DNA from: an uncultured Arcobacteraceae bacterium
Lineage (GTDB): Bacteria; Campylobacterota; Campylobacteria; Campylobacterales; Arcobacteraceae
DNA: 64,000 nt
Direction of reading: 5' to 3'
Assembly: GCA_964022095.1 (NCBI GenBank)
Contig: CAXHZO010000007.1
Location: 19,391 to 83,390 of the forward strand
A program made the translations under genes and the position numbers. Shown piece by piece: positions 1 to 8,236 of this stretch; position 1 is the first letter of the stretch, and the number at the start of each line of letters is the position of its first letter. The notes under the pieces were generated by a model. The model was given only the letters and a program-made list of their open reading frames with translations. It had not been told where the DNA came from and searched no databases.

Positions 1-52
1 TTATTGCAAATAAAAATGGAAGAATAGCAAAGTATATTGCCATTACATCCAT
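1..52 (-). CDS. N-terminal fragment of a membrane-protein gene continuing past the left edge
   Basis: ATG at 52 (minus) opens MDVMAIYFAILPFLFAI... to the window edge. Only 17 codons visible and no clear SD. Confidence 0.2.
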   Translation of the reverse strand, partial: MDVMAIYFAILPFLFAI

Positions 53-69
53 ATAAATAGGTGAGTTTA

Positions 70-375
70 TCACTCAAATTTACCTTTTGGTAGTTTTTTT
101 AATAGTTTTTCAATTACAAAAAAACCAAATGGAATTAAAGATAATACAAATAATTGGAAAGTTAATCCAGTATCCCATTTATATCTTCTTTTAGCCAAAA
201 ATAAAACTATCATAAAAAGTATAAATAAAACCCCATGAGTCATTCCTACTATCTTAACAGGATATGGGTTTTCTCCAATATATTTTATTGGCATTGCTAT
301 AAATATAAGTATAAGATAAGATAATCCTTCAATATATGATATCAATCTAAATCTTGAAAATGCGTTATTTAACAT
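70..375 (-). CDS. small integral membrane protein, DUF3817-like
   Basis: 101 aa ORF with three hydrophobic helices (LSYLILIFIAMPI, HGVLFILFMIVLFLA, FQLFVLSLIPFGFFVI). Layout typical of DUF3817/YdzA-type proteins. Confidence 0.6.
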   Translation of the reverse strand: MLNNAFSRFRLISYIEGLSYLILIFIAMPIKYIGENPYPVKIVGMTHGVLFILFMIVLFLAKRRYKWDTGLTFQLFVLSLIPFGFFVIEKLLKKLPKGKFE

Positions 376-506
376 AGGCTTCCTTTTTAATAAAAAAAGA
401 TTATATAAAATTTTTGTTAATCAAGGGTTAATTTGCTAAGATAACTCTATGAATTATAATAAAATTATCTTTGCTTTACTAATGTTATATATCTTAGCAG
501 ATATGG

Positions 507-1610
507 CTAATACTTACTTTTTTTAATCATTTTAGAAAATAGTGGTATTACTTTTACTGCAATATATCCAACTATTCCACCAAGAATAATTTCACTTAAA
601 AAGCCTCCTAAAGGAATTGTATTTAAGATATTCTCAATTGAATAAAGTACATGCGTTTCATGGGCTATAATTCCACCACCAACAGCTAACATTGCAATTG
701 TTCCTACTATTCCAATTACTTTTATAAGTTTTGGCATTGCTTTTACAAAAAGTGTTCCAATAGCTTGAGATAAAGCACTTTTTTTCTCTTGCAAATAAAA
801 CCCAATATCATCAAGTTTTATAATAAATGCAACGATACCATATACAAATATAGTAGCTAAAATTCCAATTAGAATTAAAACAGAAAGTTTAGTTATAAAA
901 TCACTTTGCACAACTAAGTTTAATGTAATAACAATAATTTCAAAAGATAAAATAAAATCTGTTTTTATTGCACCTTTGATTTTCTCTTCTTCAAGTTTTT
1001 CTGTAGATAGTTCTTTAATAGTATCTTTATCTTCATTTTTTTCATGATGATGTCCAAGTTTTTCTAAAATACTCTCAACACCCTCATAAGCTAAATATAT
1101 TCCCCCAACAATTAATACAGGTGCAATAAGCCAAGGAACTAAATAACTCATTAATAAAACAATAGGAATAATTATAAATTTGTTTTTAAAACTACCTAAT
1201 GCAATTTTATAAACAATGGGTAATTCTCTTTTTGCAGCATTTCTTTTTGCTTCATTTATAGCTTTTACTCTAATTTGTTCAAGCTCTTTTAGTACTTCTT
1301 CTTGTTCTTGTTTTGAAAGTTTTTGGATATTGTCTTTTAATTCATTTGCATTCTTTGCATCTCTTAGCTCTTTTTTTAATATATCAGATGTAGTTTCATT
1401 TGTAAAACTAGCAATTGCAGCTAAATCATCAACTACAAGTCCAGATGACTTAACACTTGCAAGTTTTGTGTATGTTACAATATCATCAAATAATACTCCT
1501 ACATCATCAAGTGATGTTGCAAGAGAAGTTGTTGCAGTTGATACAGACTTACTTGCTAAAGAGCCAATATCATCAGCTAATAAAGATAAATATCCTAATA
1601 AACCAGCCAT
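507..1610 (-). CDS. DUF808 family inner-membrane protein (YedI-like)
   Basis: 367 aa. N-terminus MAGLLGYLSLLADDIGSLASKS plus a helical soluble part, followed by several TM helices. This is the characteristic DUF808 pattern. Confidence 0.75.
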   Translation of the reverse strand: MAGLLGYLSLLADDIGSLASKSVSTATTSLATSLDDVGVLFDDIVTYTKLASVKSSGLVVDDLAAIASFTNETTSDILKKELRDAKNANELKDNIQKLSKQEQEEVLKELEQIRVKAINEAKRNAAKRELPIVYKIALGSFKNKFIIIPIVLLMSYLVPWLIAPVLIVGGIYLAYEGVESILEKLGHHHEKNEDKDTIKELSTEKLEEEKIKGAIKTDFILSFEIIVITLNLVVQSDFITKLSVLILIGILATIFVYGIVAFIIKLDDIGFYLQEKKSALSQAIGTLFVKAMPKLIKVIGIVGTIAMLAVGGGIIAHETHVLYSIENILNTIPLGGFLSEIILGGIVGYIAVKVIPLFSKMIKKSKY

Positions 1611-1680
1611 TTGTTTCCTTTAAAGAATAATTTTTTATGACATTTTATTCAAAAAGCTTTTAGGAGTATATTATTTTTAG

Positions 1681-3300
1681 TTAATTTTTTAGTTCAATTA
1701 TAAATTCACTACCATTGTTAGATGTAATAACACTTAGTTTTCCATTCATATTTTGTTCAATAATAGTTTTAGCCATATATAAACCAATACCTGTTCCATT
1801 GTTATTTGATTTAGTAGTAAAGTAAGGTTCAAAAACTTTATTTAAGATCTCTTCTTTTATTCCATTTGCATTATCTTTTACTGATATAAATACACTATTT
1901 TCTTGATTATATGTACTGATTTTTATTATAGGTTTTTTGATTTTATTTTCTACAAGAGCATCTTTAGCATTTGATATAAGGATTAAAAAAACCTGAGAAA
2001 GTTCGTTTTCTAGTGCAAAAACTTCAGGTATTTTTTCTTGAAACTCTTTTTCAATAATTATATTAGAATTTTGTAAAGTTGCATTTATTATTTCTAAACT
2101 ATTTAAAATTGTAGTATTTATAAAAAAATGATTTTTCATTTTTGATGGCTTGAAAAAGTTTCTAAAGTCATCAATAGTAGTTGACATTTTTTCTATTAGT
2201 AATTTGGCTTTACTTTGATTTTTATTCATAAATTCATCATTTAAATCACCTATTTTATAGGCAAACTCTAAGTTTTGAATAATCATCGATAATGCATTTA
2301 ATGGTTGTCTCCATTGGTGAGCAATATTTCCAATCATTTCTCCCATACTTGCAAGTTTTGATTGTTGTATTAATATTTGTTCTTGTTCTCTTCTTTTATT
2401 TAGCTCTTTTTGTATTCTTTTTTCTAAGTCTTTATTTATTTTATCTTGAAAAGAGATGAATCGTATAAAAATTAAATACATTATTAAACTTAAAATTGAA
2501 ATTATAATATTGTATATGATAATCTGTCTTTTACCTTCTAAATAAATATCTCTACTTTCTATATAAGAAAGAGTCATTAAATCTTTTCCACTACTACTTA
2601 AAAAGTGTATATGATTTATAATTTCTTTATTTGAGTATGAAATATCAATATATAGTTTTTTGAAATAATCATTGGATAAATCAATATCGATTATTCCTTC
2701 ATATGGTATTTTATTATCTACAGTAATTTTTTTCTTAAATAAGACATTTAATTCATCAGGTTTCAATCTTGTTCCTGAAATTATGAATCCTTGTTCTAGT
2801 CCAGTTTCATTAGATTTAGTAATTTGTGATTTTGATATTAAATATACTTTATTATTTATAGGTAAAATTAGATCATTTGATTGTTTTTTTAAATTAGTTA
2901 CTAGTTCTTCAATAATTTTATTTTTTGTTTTTACTTGTATTTCATTTAAAAAGCTAGAAAATACAATATCATTTTTTTTATTTATAAAAATTATAAAATC
3001 AAGATCTAAATTTTCAATAGTTGATGAGTCTGCAAAATTATTAGTAATATATTGTAAGTTTTTATTTTGAATAAACTCATAAGTATCATCCCATTGAGCA
3101 TAATCAATAGTTATAGAATTTATGTTTTCAATTTTTGTATTTATTTTGTCAATTATTGATTTAAGATCTTTTGTATTTTGTTTTAACTCAAGATCAGTAT
3201 AACTTTTTATAAAAAAATTAAAACTAATTACATTAGTAAAAATTATAAAAATAATAATAGCAATAAATAAAAAATATCCATTATATAGTTTTTTTAAAAT
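1681..3300 (-). CDS. sensor histidine kinase (TM, CHASE4-like sensor domain, TM, HisKA, HATPase_c), probable ATT start
   Basis: H-box NIAHQWRQPLN and C-terminal ATPase motifs (NAKDA, DNANGI, GTGIGL). The tracked ORF starts at an internal TTG (2766), but the frame stays open to a TAG at 3310-3312. That extension encodes a basic N-terminus, a TM helix (KKLYNGYFLFIAIIIFIIF) and a CHASE4-like motif (DYAQWDDTYEF). It contains no ATG/GTG/TTG. AGGA (3311-3308) lies 7 nt before ATT at 3300. Confidence 0.75.
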   Translation of the reverse strand: MLKKLYNGYFLFIAIIIFIIFTNVISFNFFIKSYTDLELKQNTKDLKSIIDKINTKIENINSITIDYAQWDDTYEFIQNKNLQYITNNFADSSTIENLDLDFIIFINKKNDIVFSSFLNEIQVKTKNKIIEELVTNLKKQSNDLILPINNKVYLISKSQITKSNETGLEQGFIISGTRLKPDELNVLFKKKITVDNKIPYEGIIDIDLSNDYFKKLYIDISYSNKEIINHIHFLSSSGKDLMTLSYIESRDIYLEGKRQIIIYNIIISILSLIMYLIFIRFISFQDKINKDLEKRIQKELNKRREQEQILIQQSKLASMGEMIGNIAHQWRQPLNALSMIIQNLEFAYKIGDLNDEFMNKNQSKAKLLIEKMSTTIDDFRNFFKPSKMKNHFFINTTILNSLEIINATLQNSNIIIEKEFQEKIPEVFALENELSQVFLILISNAKDALVENKIKKPIIKISTYNQENSVFISVKDNANGIKEEILNKVFEPYFTTKSNNNGTGIGLYMAKTIIEQNMNGKLSVITSNNGSEFIIELKN

Positions 3301-3325
3301 GATAATATCCTAATAATAACTTTTA

Positions 3326-3340
3326 AATGATTATACAATA
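3326..3340 (-). promoter_or_regulatory. extended -10 promoter element TATTGTATAATCATT (proximal copy) for the kinase gene
   Basis: Minus strand reads TATTGTATAATC, with TG-n-TATAAT at 3336-3330. It sits ~30 nt upstream of the proposed ATT start. The same 12-mer occurs upstream of dapD and the ABC-F gene. Confidence 0.45.
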
Positions 3341-3384
3341 TTAAATTTAATAGTACAAATATAAATTTAATTGTAAAATAATCC

Positions 3385-3397
3385 AATGATTATACAA
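3385..3397 (-). promoter_or_regulatory. second copy of TTGTATAATCATT (distal promoter-like element)
   Basis: Exact 13-nt direct repeat of 3326-3338 within the same 100-nt divergent intergenic region. Confidence 0.35.
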
Positions 3398-3408
3398 AGG
3401 AGAGAGTT

Positions 3409-3747
3409 ATGAATAATACAGCTAAAATTTTGTGGACAACAGATAATAAAGAAACATCCTTAAATATGGTGTGTTTATACGCACACAATGCAAAAAAATT
3501 AGGATGGGTAGAAAATGTTCAAGTTCTTATTTGGGGAGCTTCTCAACAATTAATTGCAAATGATAAAGAAATGCAAAAAAAAGTTAAATCAATGATTAAT
3601 GATGGAGTTGAAGTAATTGCTTGTCAAAAATGTGCAGAAAATCTAGGAATAGTAGATGAACTTAAAACTTGTGATATGCAAGTTTACTACACAGGTGAGT
3701 TATTAAGTTCTTGGGTAAAAGAAGGTAGTAGTATAATTAGTGTTTAA
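3409..3747 (+). CDS. DsrE/DsrF-like family protein
   Basis: 112 aa. Strong SD AAGGAGAG 5 nt upstream. Size and Cys-containing core (VIACQKCAENLG) resemble DsrE-fold proteins. Confidence 0.55.
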   Translation: MNNTAKILWTTDNKETSLNMVCLYAHNAKKLGWVENVQVLIWGASQQLIANDKEMQKKVKSMINDGVEVIACQKCAENLGIVDELKTCDMQVYYTGELLSSWVKEGSSIISV

Positions 3748-3815
3748 ACTGACAAATAATAGCTATTAAATTTACAAATCTTTTAGTAAAATAAAAAAAA
3801 ATTAAAAGGTTTGTA

Positions 3816-4337
3816 ATGAAAAATATAATTAAAACTATTCTTTTATCTTTTGTTGTAGTTTTATTTACTGCATGTTCTCCAAAATATCCAGATTTACCAA
3901 CTACAAAAAATGTTGATCTAAATAAATATTTAGGTACTTGGTATGAAATAGCAAGATATGAGCATTTCTTTGAGAAAGGCTGTAAAAATGTTACAGCTAA
4001 TTATTCTTTAAGAGAAGATGGAGACTTAAATGTTATAAATAAATGTACAAAGATTGAAACTAATAAAGAAACAAAAGCAACAGGAGTTGCTTACTCTACA
4101 AATGATGTAAATACAAAACTAAAAGTTAGTTTTTTTAGACCATTTTGGGGTGATTATTGGATATTAATGTTAGCAGATGACTACTCTTACGCAGTTGTAG
4201 GAACACCTTCAAGAGAGTATTTATGGATATTATCAAGAACTTCAAAGATTAGTGAAGATTTAAAAAATCTGATTTTAACTAAGCTTCCAGATTTAGGATT
4301 TCCAACTAATAAACTTATTTGGACAATACAAGATTAA
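3816..4337 (+). CDS. blc: outer-membrane lipocalin lipoprotein Blc
   Basis: Lipobox LFTAC, then the bacterial lipocalin signature YLGTWYEIARYEHFFEKGC and C-terminal YLWILSR. Confidence 0.85.
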   Translation: MKNIIKTILLSFVVVLFTACSPKYPDLPTTKNVDLNKYLGTWYEIARYEHFFEKGCKNVTANYSLREDGDLNVINKCTKIETNKETKATGVAYSTNDVNTKLKVSFFRPFWGDYWILMLADDYSYAVVGTPSREYLWILSRTSKISEDLKNLILTKLPDLGFPTNKLIWTIQD

Positions 4338-4451
4338 AAATAAAATCAAAAAGCTACGTTATTGTTACGTTTGTTTTATATAGTGTTATTAACGGTTTCA
4401 TCTGAAGGAGAGAGCTGATGATTCATTTGATTAAGAAGTTTAAATAGCAAG

Positions 4452-5087
4452 TTAGAGATTTTTCAAAATCTCTAGTTGTTCCTCTTTTGAATAGTTAAAT
4501 CTAAATTCACACTCTTTTAAATAAAAGAAAAAATACTCATAATCAATTCCCTTATACTTTTTCAAAGATTCCTCTAAATATTTCCAAAAATCATATAGCT
4601 TTGTTTTATAAGACTCTTTAGAGTAAATTTTATGCCAGTTTAAATACTTCTCATACTCACTACCACTTAGGGATTCTCTTCTATGTTTTAAGTTTGGCAT
4701 TAATAGTGTGTATACTTTACTGTTACTGTAAAAGCCTATTATATTTATAGCTTCATAAAGTGATTTTATTTTTTTTAGTTTTTGTTTTGAGGTGAAGTAA
4801 TAGTACTCTTCATAATCACTATAATCTTTTGGTAATGAGTTATACTCATCTTCTAAGAACTGAGGAAGTTTTCCTCTTAATTCATCATATCTGTTTTTAA
4901 CAGTTTTATAATTTAGTTTAAGTTCATTTGATAACTCTAGAGCTGTTTTATTTTTTATAAAACCATTTATGATTTGTTCATTTCTTTTTAGTTTTTTTAA
5001 GGAATACTTTTTTGCACATTTTTTGCATTTTATATATTCATTTGCTAAAGTATAAAAAGTTTGATTTTTACAGTTTTTACATATCAT
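4452..5087 (-). CDS. IS1595-family transposase-like protein (zinc ribbon N-terminus; short, probably degenerate or domesticated)
   Basis: N-terminal CxxC...CxxC (CKNCKN...CKKCAK). C-terminal FWKYLEESLKKYKGI...YLKECEFRFNYS resembles the conserved C-terminus of ISXO2/IS1595 transposases. Only 211 aa, with no obvious DDE triad and no terminal inverted repeats. Confidence 0.4.
   Translation of the reverse strand: MICKNCKNQTFYTLANEYIKCKKCAKKYSLKKLKRNEQIINGFIKNKTALELSNELKLNYKTVKNRYDELRGKLPQFLEDEYNSLPKDYSDYEEYYYFTSKQKLKKIKSLYEAINIIGFYSNSKVYTLLMPNLKHRRESLSGSEYEKYLNWHKIYSKESYKTKLYDFWKYLEESLKKYKGIDYEYFFFYLKECEFRFNYSKEEQLEILKNL
4453..4474. terminator. perfect 10-bp palindromic hairpin at the convergent junction blc / zinc-ribbon gene
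   Basis: TAGAGATTTT-tc-AAAATCTCTA. It overlaps the stop codon of the minus-strand gene. Stem is AT-rich with no strong T-run. Confidence 0.3.
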
Positions 5088-5115
5088 AGTGCTATTTTAT
5101 CATGATTTATATACT

Positions 5116-5157
5116 TTTTGTTCTAAAAGTACATAAGTAAAGGATAAAATTTATAAT
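5116..5157 (+). promoter_or_regulatory. 22-nt conserved motif TTTTGTTCTAAAAGTACATAAG plus TATAAT -10 box upstream of the Ni/Co uptake operon
   Basis: 21/22 identical to 16794-16815 upstream of hypB. In both cases a -10-like hexamer follows after 13-14 nt (TATAAT 5152-5157). Confidence 0.45.
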
Positions 5158-5214
5158 GGTATAACATCATCATCAATATAATCTAAATTATTTTATTACA
5201 AAAGGTCAAAAATT

Positions 5215-5937
5215 ATGAAAAAACTTTTATTATTAACATCATCTGCTATTATTACTTTAAATGCTCATTTTTTAACATTTATTCCAAGTAGCGATAATAT
5301 TACAAATAAAAACCAATCAAAAATACAATTTGATATATCATTTATTCATCCCTTTGAACAAACTGGTATGACACTAGAAAAACCTGAAGTTTTTGTAAAT
5401 AGTAAAGAAAATAAATTATCTTTAACTCAAGCAAAAAAATTTGATCATAAGGCATGGAAAAGTACTTATGAAGTTAAAAGACCAGGAGTTAATAAGTTCT
5501 TTGTTCAGCCACAACCATATTTTGAACCAGCAGAAGAGAAGTTTATCTCTCATGTTCCAAAAGTAATTATTAGCTCTTTTGGATTAGAAGATGGTTGGGA
5601 TGAGCCTGTTGGCTTAAAGTATGAGATAATTCCTATGACAAAACCATTTGCTCTTTATAGTGGAAATTTATTTCAAGGTAAGGTATTACATGATGGCAAA
5701 CCAGCAGCTAATACAGAAGTTGAAGTAGAGCTATATAATGAATTTGGACTAAAAGCACCAAGTGATGCTCATATTACACAAGTTGTTAATACTGATGATA
5801 ATGGTGTGTTTTCATTTACAATGAATCATAAAGGATGGTGGGGCTTTGCTGCACTTATAGAAGAGGGTGAATTAGAACATAAAGGAAAAAAATATCCTGT
5901 AGAAAATGGTGCATTAATGTGGATAAAGGCTTATTAG
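5215..5937 (+). CDS. DUF4198 periplasmic component of nickel/cobalt uptake system (NikK/CbiK-like)
   Basis: Signal peptide MKKLLLLTSSAIITLNA, then a mature N-terminal His (HFLTFIP). Beta-rich 240 aa protein located directly upstream of cbiM. Confidence 0.7.
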   Translation: MKKLLLLTSSAIITLNAHFLTFIPSSDNITNKNQSKIQFDISFIHPFEQTGMTLEKPEVFVNSKENKLSLTQAKKFDHKAWKSTYEVKRPGVNKFFVQPQPYFEPAEEKFISHVPKVIISSFGLEDGWDEPVGLKYEIIPMTKPFALYSGNLFQGKVLHDGKPAANTEVEVELYNEFGLKAPSDAHITQVVNTDDNGVFSFTMNHKGWWGFAALIEEGELEHKGKKYPVENGALMWIKAY

Positions 5938-5938
5938 T

Positions 5939-6532
5939 ATGCATATATCAGATGGTGTTTTAAGTTTAGAAACAACAGTAATTGTTTCAGTTGTTTCTTT
6001 ACTGGCTTTAATAAAAGCAATAAAAGATTTAAAAAATGAAGATATATCACTAACAGCAGTAGCTAGTGCTATGTTCTTTATAGCTTCTTTTATACATATA
6101 CCTTTTGGCTTAACACAAATACATTTGATTTTATTAGGTGTTATAGGAATACTTATTTCATGGAGTAGTTTTGTGGCTATTTTTGTAGCCTTATTGCTTC
6201 AAGCACTTTTATTAGGTTATGGAGGAATTACTAGCTTAGGGGTGAATTTATTTATTATGGCAACACCTGCACTTATAGTGTATTATTTATATAACATGCA
6301 AATCGTAAAAAAAATAAATGAAAAGATAAAGTTCTTTTTAGTTGGATTTTTGGGAACTTTTTTTGCTACGCTTTTCCTAACTTTAATATTATATTTTTCA
6401 AAAGAAGAATATAATTACGCTGCATATACAATATTTTCTGTAAATATTGTAACAATGATTATAGAAGGTTTAGTAAGTATGTTTTTATTACTATTTATTA
6501 AAAAAGTCTATCCAAAAATATTGAAGGATTAA
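5939..6532 (+). CDS. cbiM: ECF transporter substrate-specific component CbiM/NikM
   Basis: Diagnostic N-terminus MHISDGVL (metal-binding Met-His), with multiple TM helices. Confidence 0.85.
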   Translation: MHISDGVLSLETTVIVSVVSLLALIKAIKDLKNEDISLTAVASAMFFIASFIHIPFGLTQIHLILLGVIGILISWSSFVAIFVALLLQALLLGYGGITSLGVNLFIMATPALIVYYLYNMQIVKKINEKIKFFLVGFLGTFFATLFLTLILYFSKEEYNYAAYTIFSVNIVTMIIEGLVSMFLLLFIKKVYPKILKD

Positions 6533-6533
6533 T

Positions 6534-6944
6534 TTGCGATTATTAGTAATATTACTTTTTATAATTACATTTTCAAGTGCACATAAAATCAATCTTTTTG
6601 TAACAACTCTTGATAATAAATTAGAAATATATTCATATTTTGCAAATGGTTCACCATGCAAAAACTGTAGTTTTACTATAAAAAATAAAGAAAAAATTGT
6701 ATTTCAAAATACTCTTAATGATAAAGGAATATATTTATATACTCCAAAACATGAAAAAATAGAAATTACAATTGACGCAAATAGCGGACATATTACAAAA
6801 CAAACGGTTGTTGTTGATAATATAAAACATGAAGATATCAAAAAACAACAAAATAAAGAAGAAAAAGATAAGTATTTTAAAATACTTATTGGATTAATTT
6901 TGATATTTATTCTTTTCTTTTTGTTAAAAAGATTTAAAAAATGA
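6534..6944 (+). CDS. accessory Ni/Co uptake protein (signal peptide + beta-rich domain + C-terminal TM anchor; NikL-like role)
   Basis: TTG start. Signal peptide ends ...TFSSAHK. C-terminal anchor ILIGLILIFILFFLL. Translationally coupled between cbiM and cbiQ (ATGA overlap at 6941). Confidence 0.4.
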   Translation: MRLLVILLFIITFSSAHKINLFVTTLDNKLEIYSYFANGSPCKNCSFTIKNKEKIVFQNTLNDKGIYLYTPKHEKIEITIDANSGHITKQTVVVDNIKHEDIKKQQNKEEKDKYFKILIGLILIFILFFLLKRFKK

Positions 6945-7588
6945 GTAAAGAGTCAATAAATTTAATAAGTGCTTTTCTTTATTCTTTAGTCGTAGCTTTT
7001 TCCCCTTTAGAGTATCTGTTTTTATTACCAGTTTTAATTGCATTAATTATTGAAAAACAACATATAAAAGCTATTTTACAAAAACTATTTTTTCTGAATT
7101 TTTTTATATTAGTTTTAGTTTTGTTTGTGTTGTTTCAAAATAAGCAAGAAGCTATAGATTTACTATTTAGAACAAACTTAATTTTATTTTTTAATCTTGC
7201 AATATTTTATAGCTCTAAAGGTTATGATATTGTAAGAGGATTAGATAGCTTAAATTTTCCATCAAAAGTAGTTAGTGTATTTTATTTCACATTATCTCTT
7301 ATAGATTACTTGCTAATGGATTTAAAAAAAACAAAACAAAGTCTAAAAGCTAGAAGTTTTAGTGCAAATACATCACTATTTACATACCAAACTTATGGTA
7401 ATATTTTTGCAATGATATTTATAAAAGCACTTAAAAAATCAGAAGATATGAAATATAGTATGAGTGCTAGGGGATTTGAAGATAAAATTTATTTTTTAAA
7501 TTCAAACAAAATTGAAGTGTCTCAAAAACTATTATTTATATCAATTTGTCTAATAATTTTAAAGGTAACCTATGAGTTGTTCAGTTAA
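6941..7588 (+). CDS. cbiQ: ECF transporter transmembrane (T) component CbiQ/NikQ
   Basis: 215 aa polytopic protein between cbiM and cbiO. Contains the Arg-containing coupling-helix region (ARSF, ARGF). Confidence 0.7.
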   Translation: MSKESINLISAFLYSLVVAFSPLEYLFLLPVLIALIIEKQHIKAILQKLFFLNFFILVLVLFVLFQNKQEAIDLLFRTNLILFFNLAIFYSSKGYDIVRGLDSLNFPSKVVSVFYFTLSLIDYLLMDLKKTKQSLKARSFSANTSLFTYQTYGNIFAMIFIKALKKSEDMKYSMSARGFEDKIYFLNSNKIEVSQKLLFISICLIILKVTYELFS

Positions 7589-8222
7589 TCTACGATCAAT
7601 ATCTTATAAAAATGATAAGAAAGAGCTATTTAAAAATATAAATTTAAATTTAGGTCATGAAGAAAAAATAGCGATTATTGGTTCAAATGGTAGTGGTAAA
7701 AGTACATTACTTAAAATAATTGCAGGATTGATTGAACCTACAGATGGCTATTTAGAATTATTTCATAATAAAATCAATACTTTAAAAGAGTATAAAAAGT
7801 ATAGAAATGAAATAGCTTATTTACCTCAAGATGTAACAAATCATTTTTTATGCCCAACTGTTATGGAAGATGTAATATTTACACTAAGAGCAAAAGGTGA
7901 GTCAAAAGAAATTGCTTTACAAAAAGCAGATGAGATTTTAAATGATCTTGAAATATCTCATTTAAAAAATAGGGTTATATTTGATTTAAGTGGAGGTGAA
8001 CAAAAAATTGTTGCACTTGCAGGATTATTAATTTTAAAGCCAAAGATATTATTACTTGACGAACCTACAAATGCTTTAGATGAAGAATCTGAAAGAAAAA
8101 TTGTTAAGATATTAAACTCAATAAAAAAATCCATGATTATTGTTTCACATCATAAAAGTTTTATTGAAAGATTAACTCCTACAATTTGCAAGCTACATAA
8201 TAGTAGTTTAGAAAACTTATAA
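7572..8222 (+). CDS. cbiO: ECF transporter ATPase CbiO/NikO
   Basis: Walker A GSNGSGKST, signature LSGGEQK, Walker B LLLDEPT. Confidence 0.85.
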   Translation: MSCSVNLRSISYKNDKKELFKNINLNLGHEEKIAIIGSNGSGKSTLLKIIAGLIEPTDGYLELFHNKINTLKEYKKYRNEIAYLPQDVTNHFLCPTVMEDVIFTLRAKGESKEIALQKADEILNDLEISHLKNRVIFDLSGGEQKIVALAGLLILKPKILLLDEPTNALDEESERKIVKILNSIKKSMIIVSHHKSFIERLTPTICKLHNSSLENL

Positions 8223-8236
8223 TAAAAGAGAAATAT

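Noticed and set aside
435-498. Three short complementary segments (GCTAAGATAA at 435-444; TTATCTTTGC at 465-474; ATATCTTAGC at 489-498) that allow alternative hairpins between two minus-strand genes.
   Set aside because: The stems are 9-10 bp and AT-rich with long loops. No U-run follows on the transcribed strand, and there is no leader ORF. This is not distinguishable from chance structure without conservation data.
1216-1623. 135 aa plus-strand ORF overlapping the DUF808 gene. The same applies to 2672-3070, 8809-9018, 9217-9420, 11836-12189, 12505-12798, 12872-13069, 15064-15255, 15685-15873, 16329-16628, 17429-17728, 19712-19894, 20448-20795, 23135-23530, 23907-24248 and 30320-30565.
   Set aside because: Each lies entirely antisense to a well-supported gene. 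They have low-complexity Ser/Phe/Leu/Ile-rich translations, no SD and no recognisable motif, as expected for antisense frames of AT-rich coding sequence.
4418-4447. Nine-codon mini-ORF (MIHLIKKFK) with a very strong SD (GAAGGAGAG) in the blc / zinc-ribbon gene spacer.
   Set aside because: There is nothing downstream on that strand for it to regulate, since the next gene is convergent. It is too short to evaluate and may be a remnant of a lost gene start. It would only be worth a look if ribosome profiling shows occupancy.
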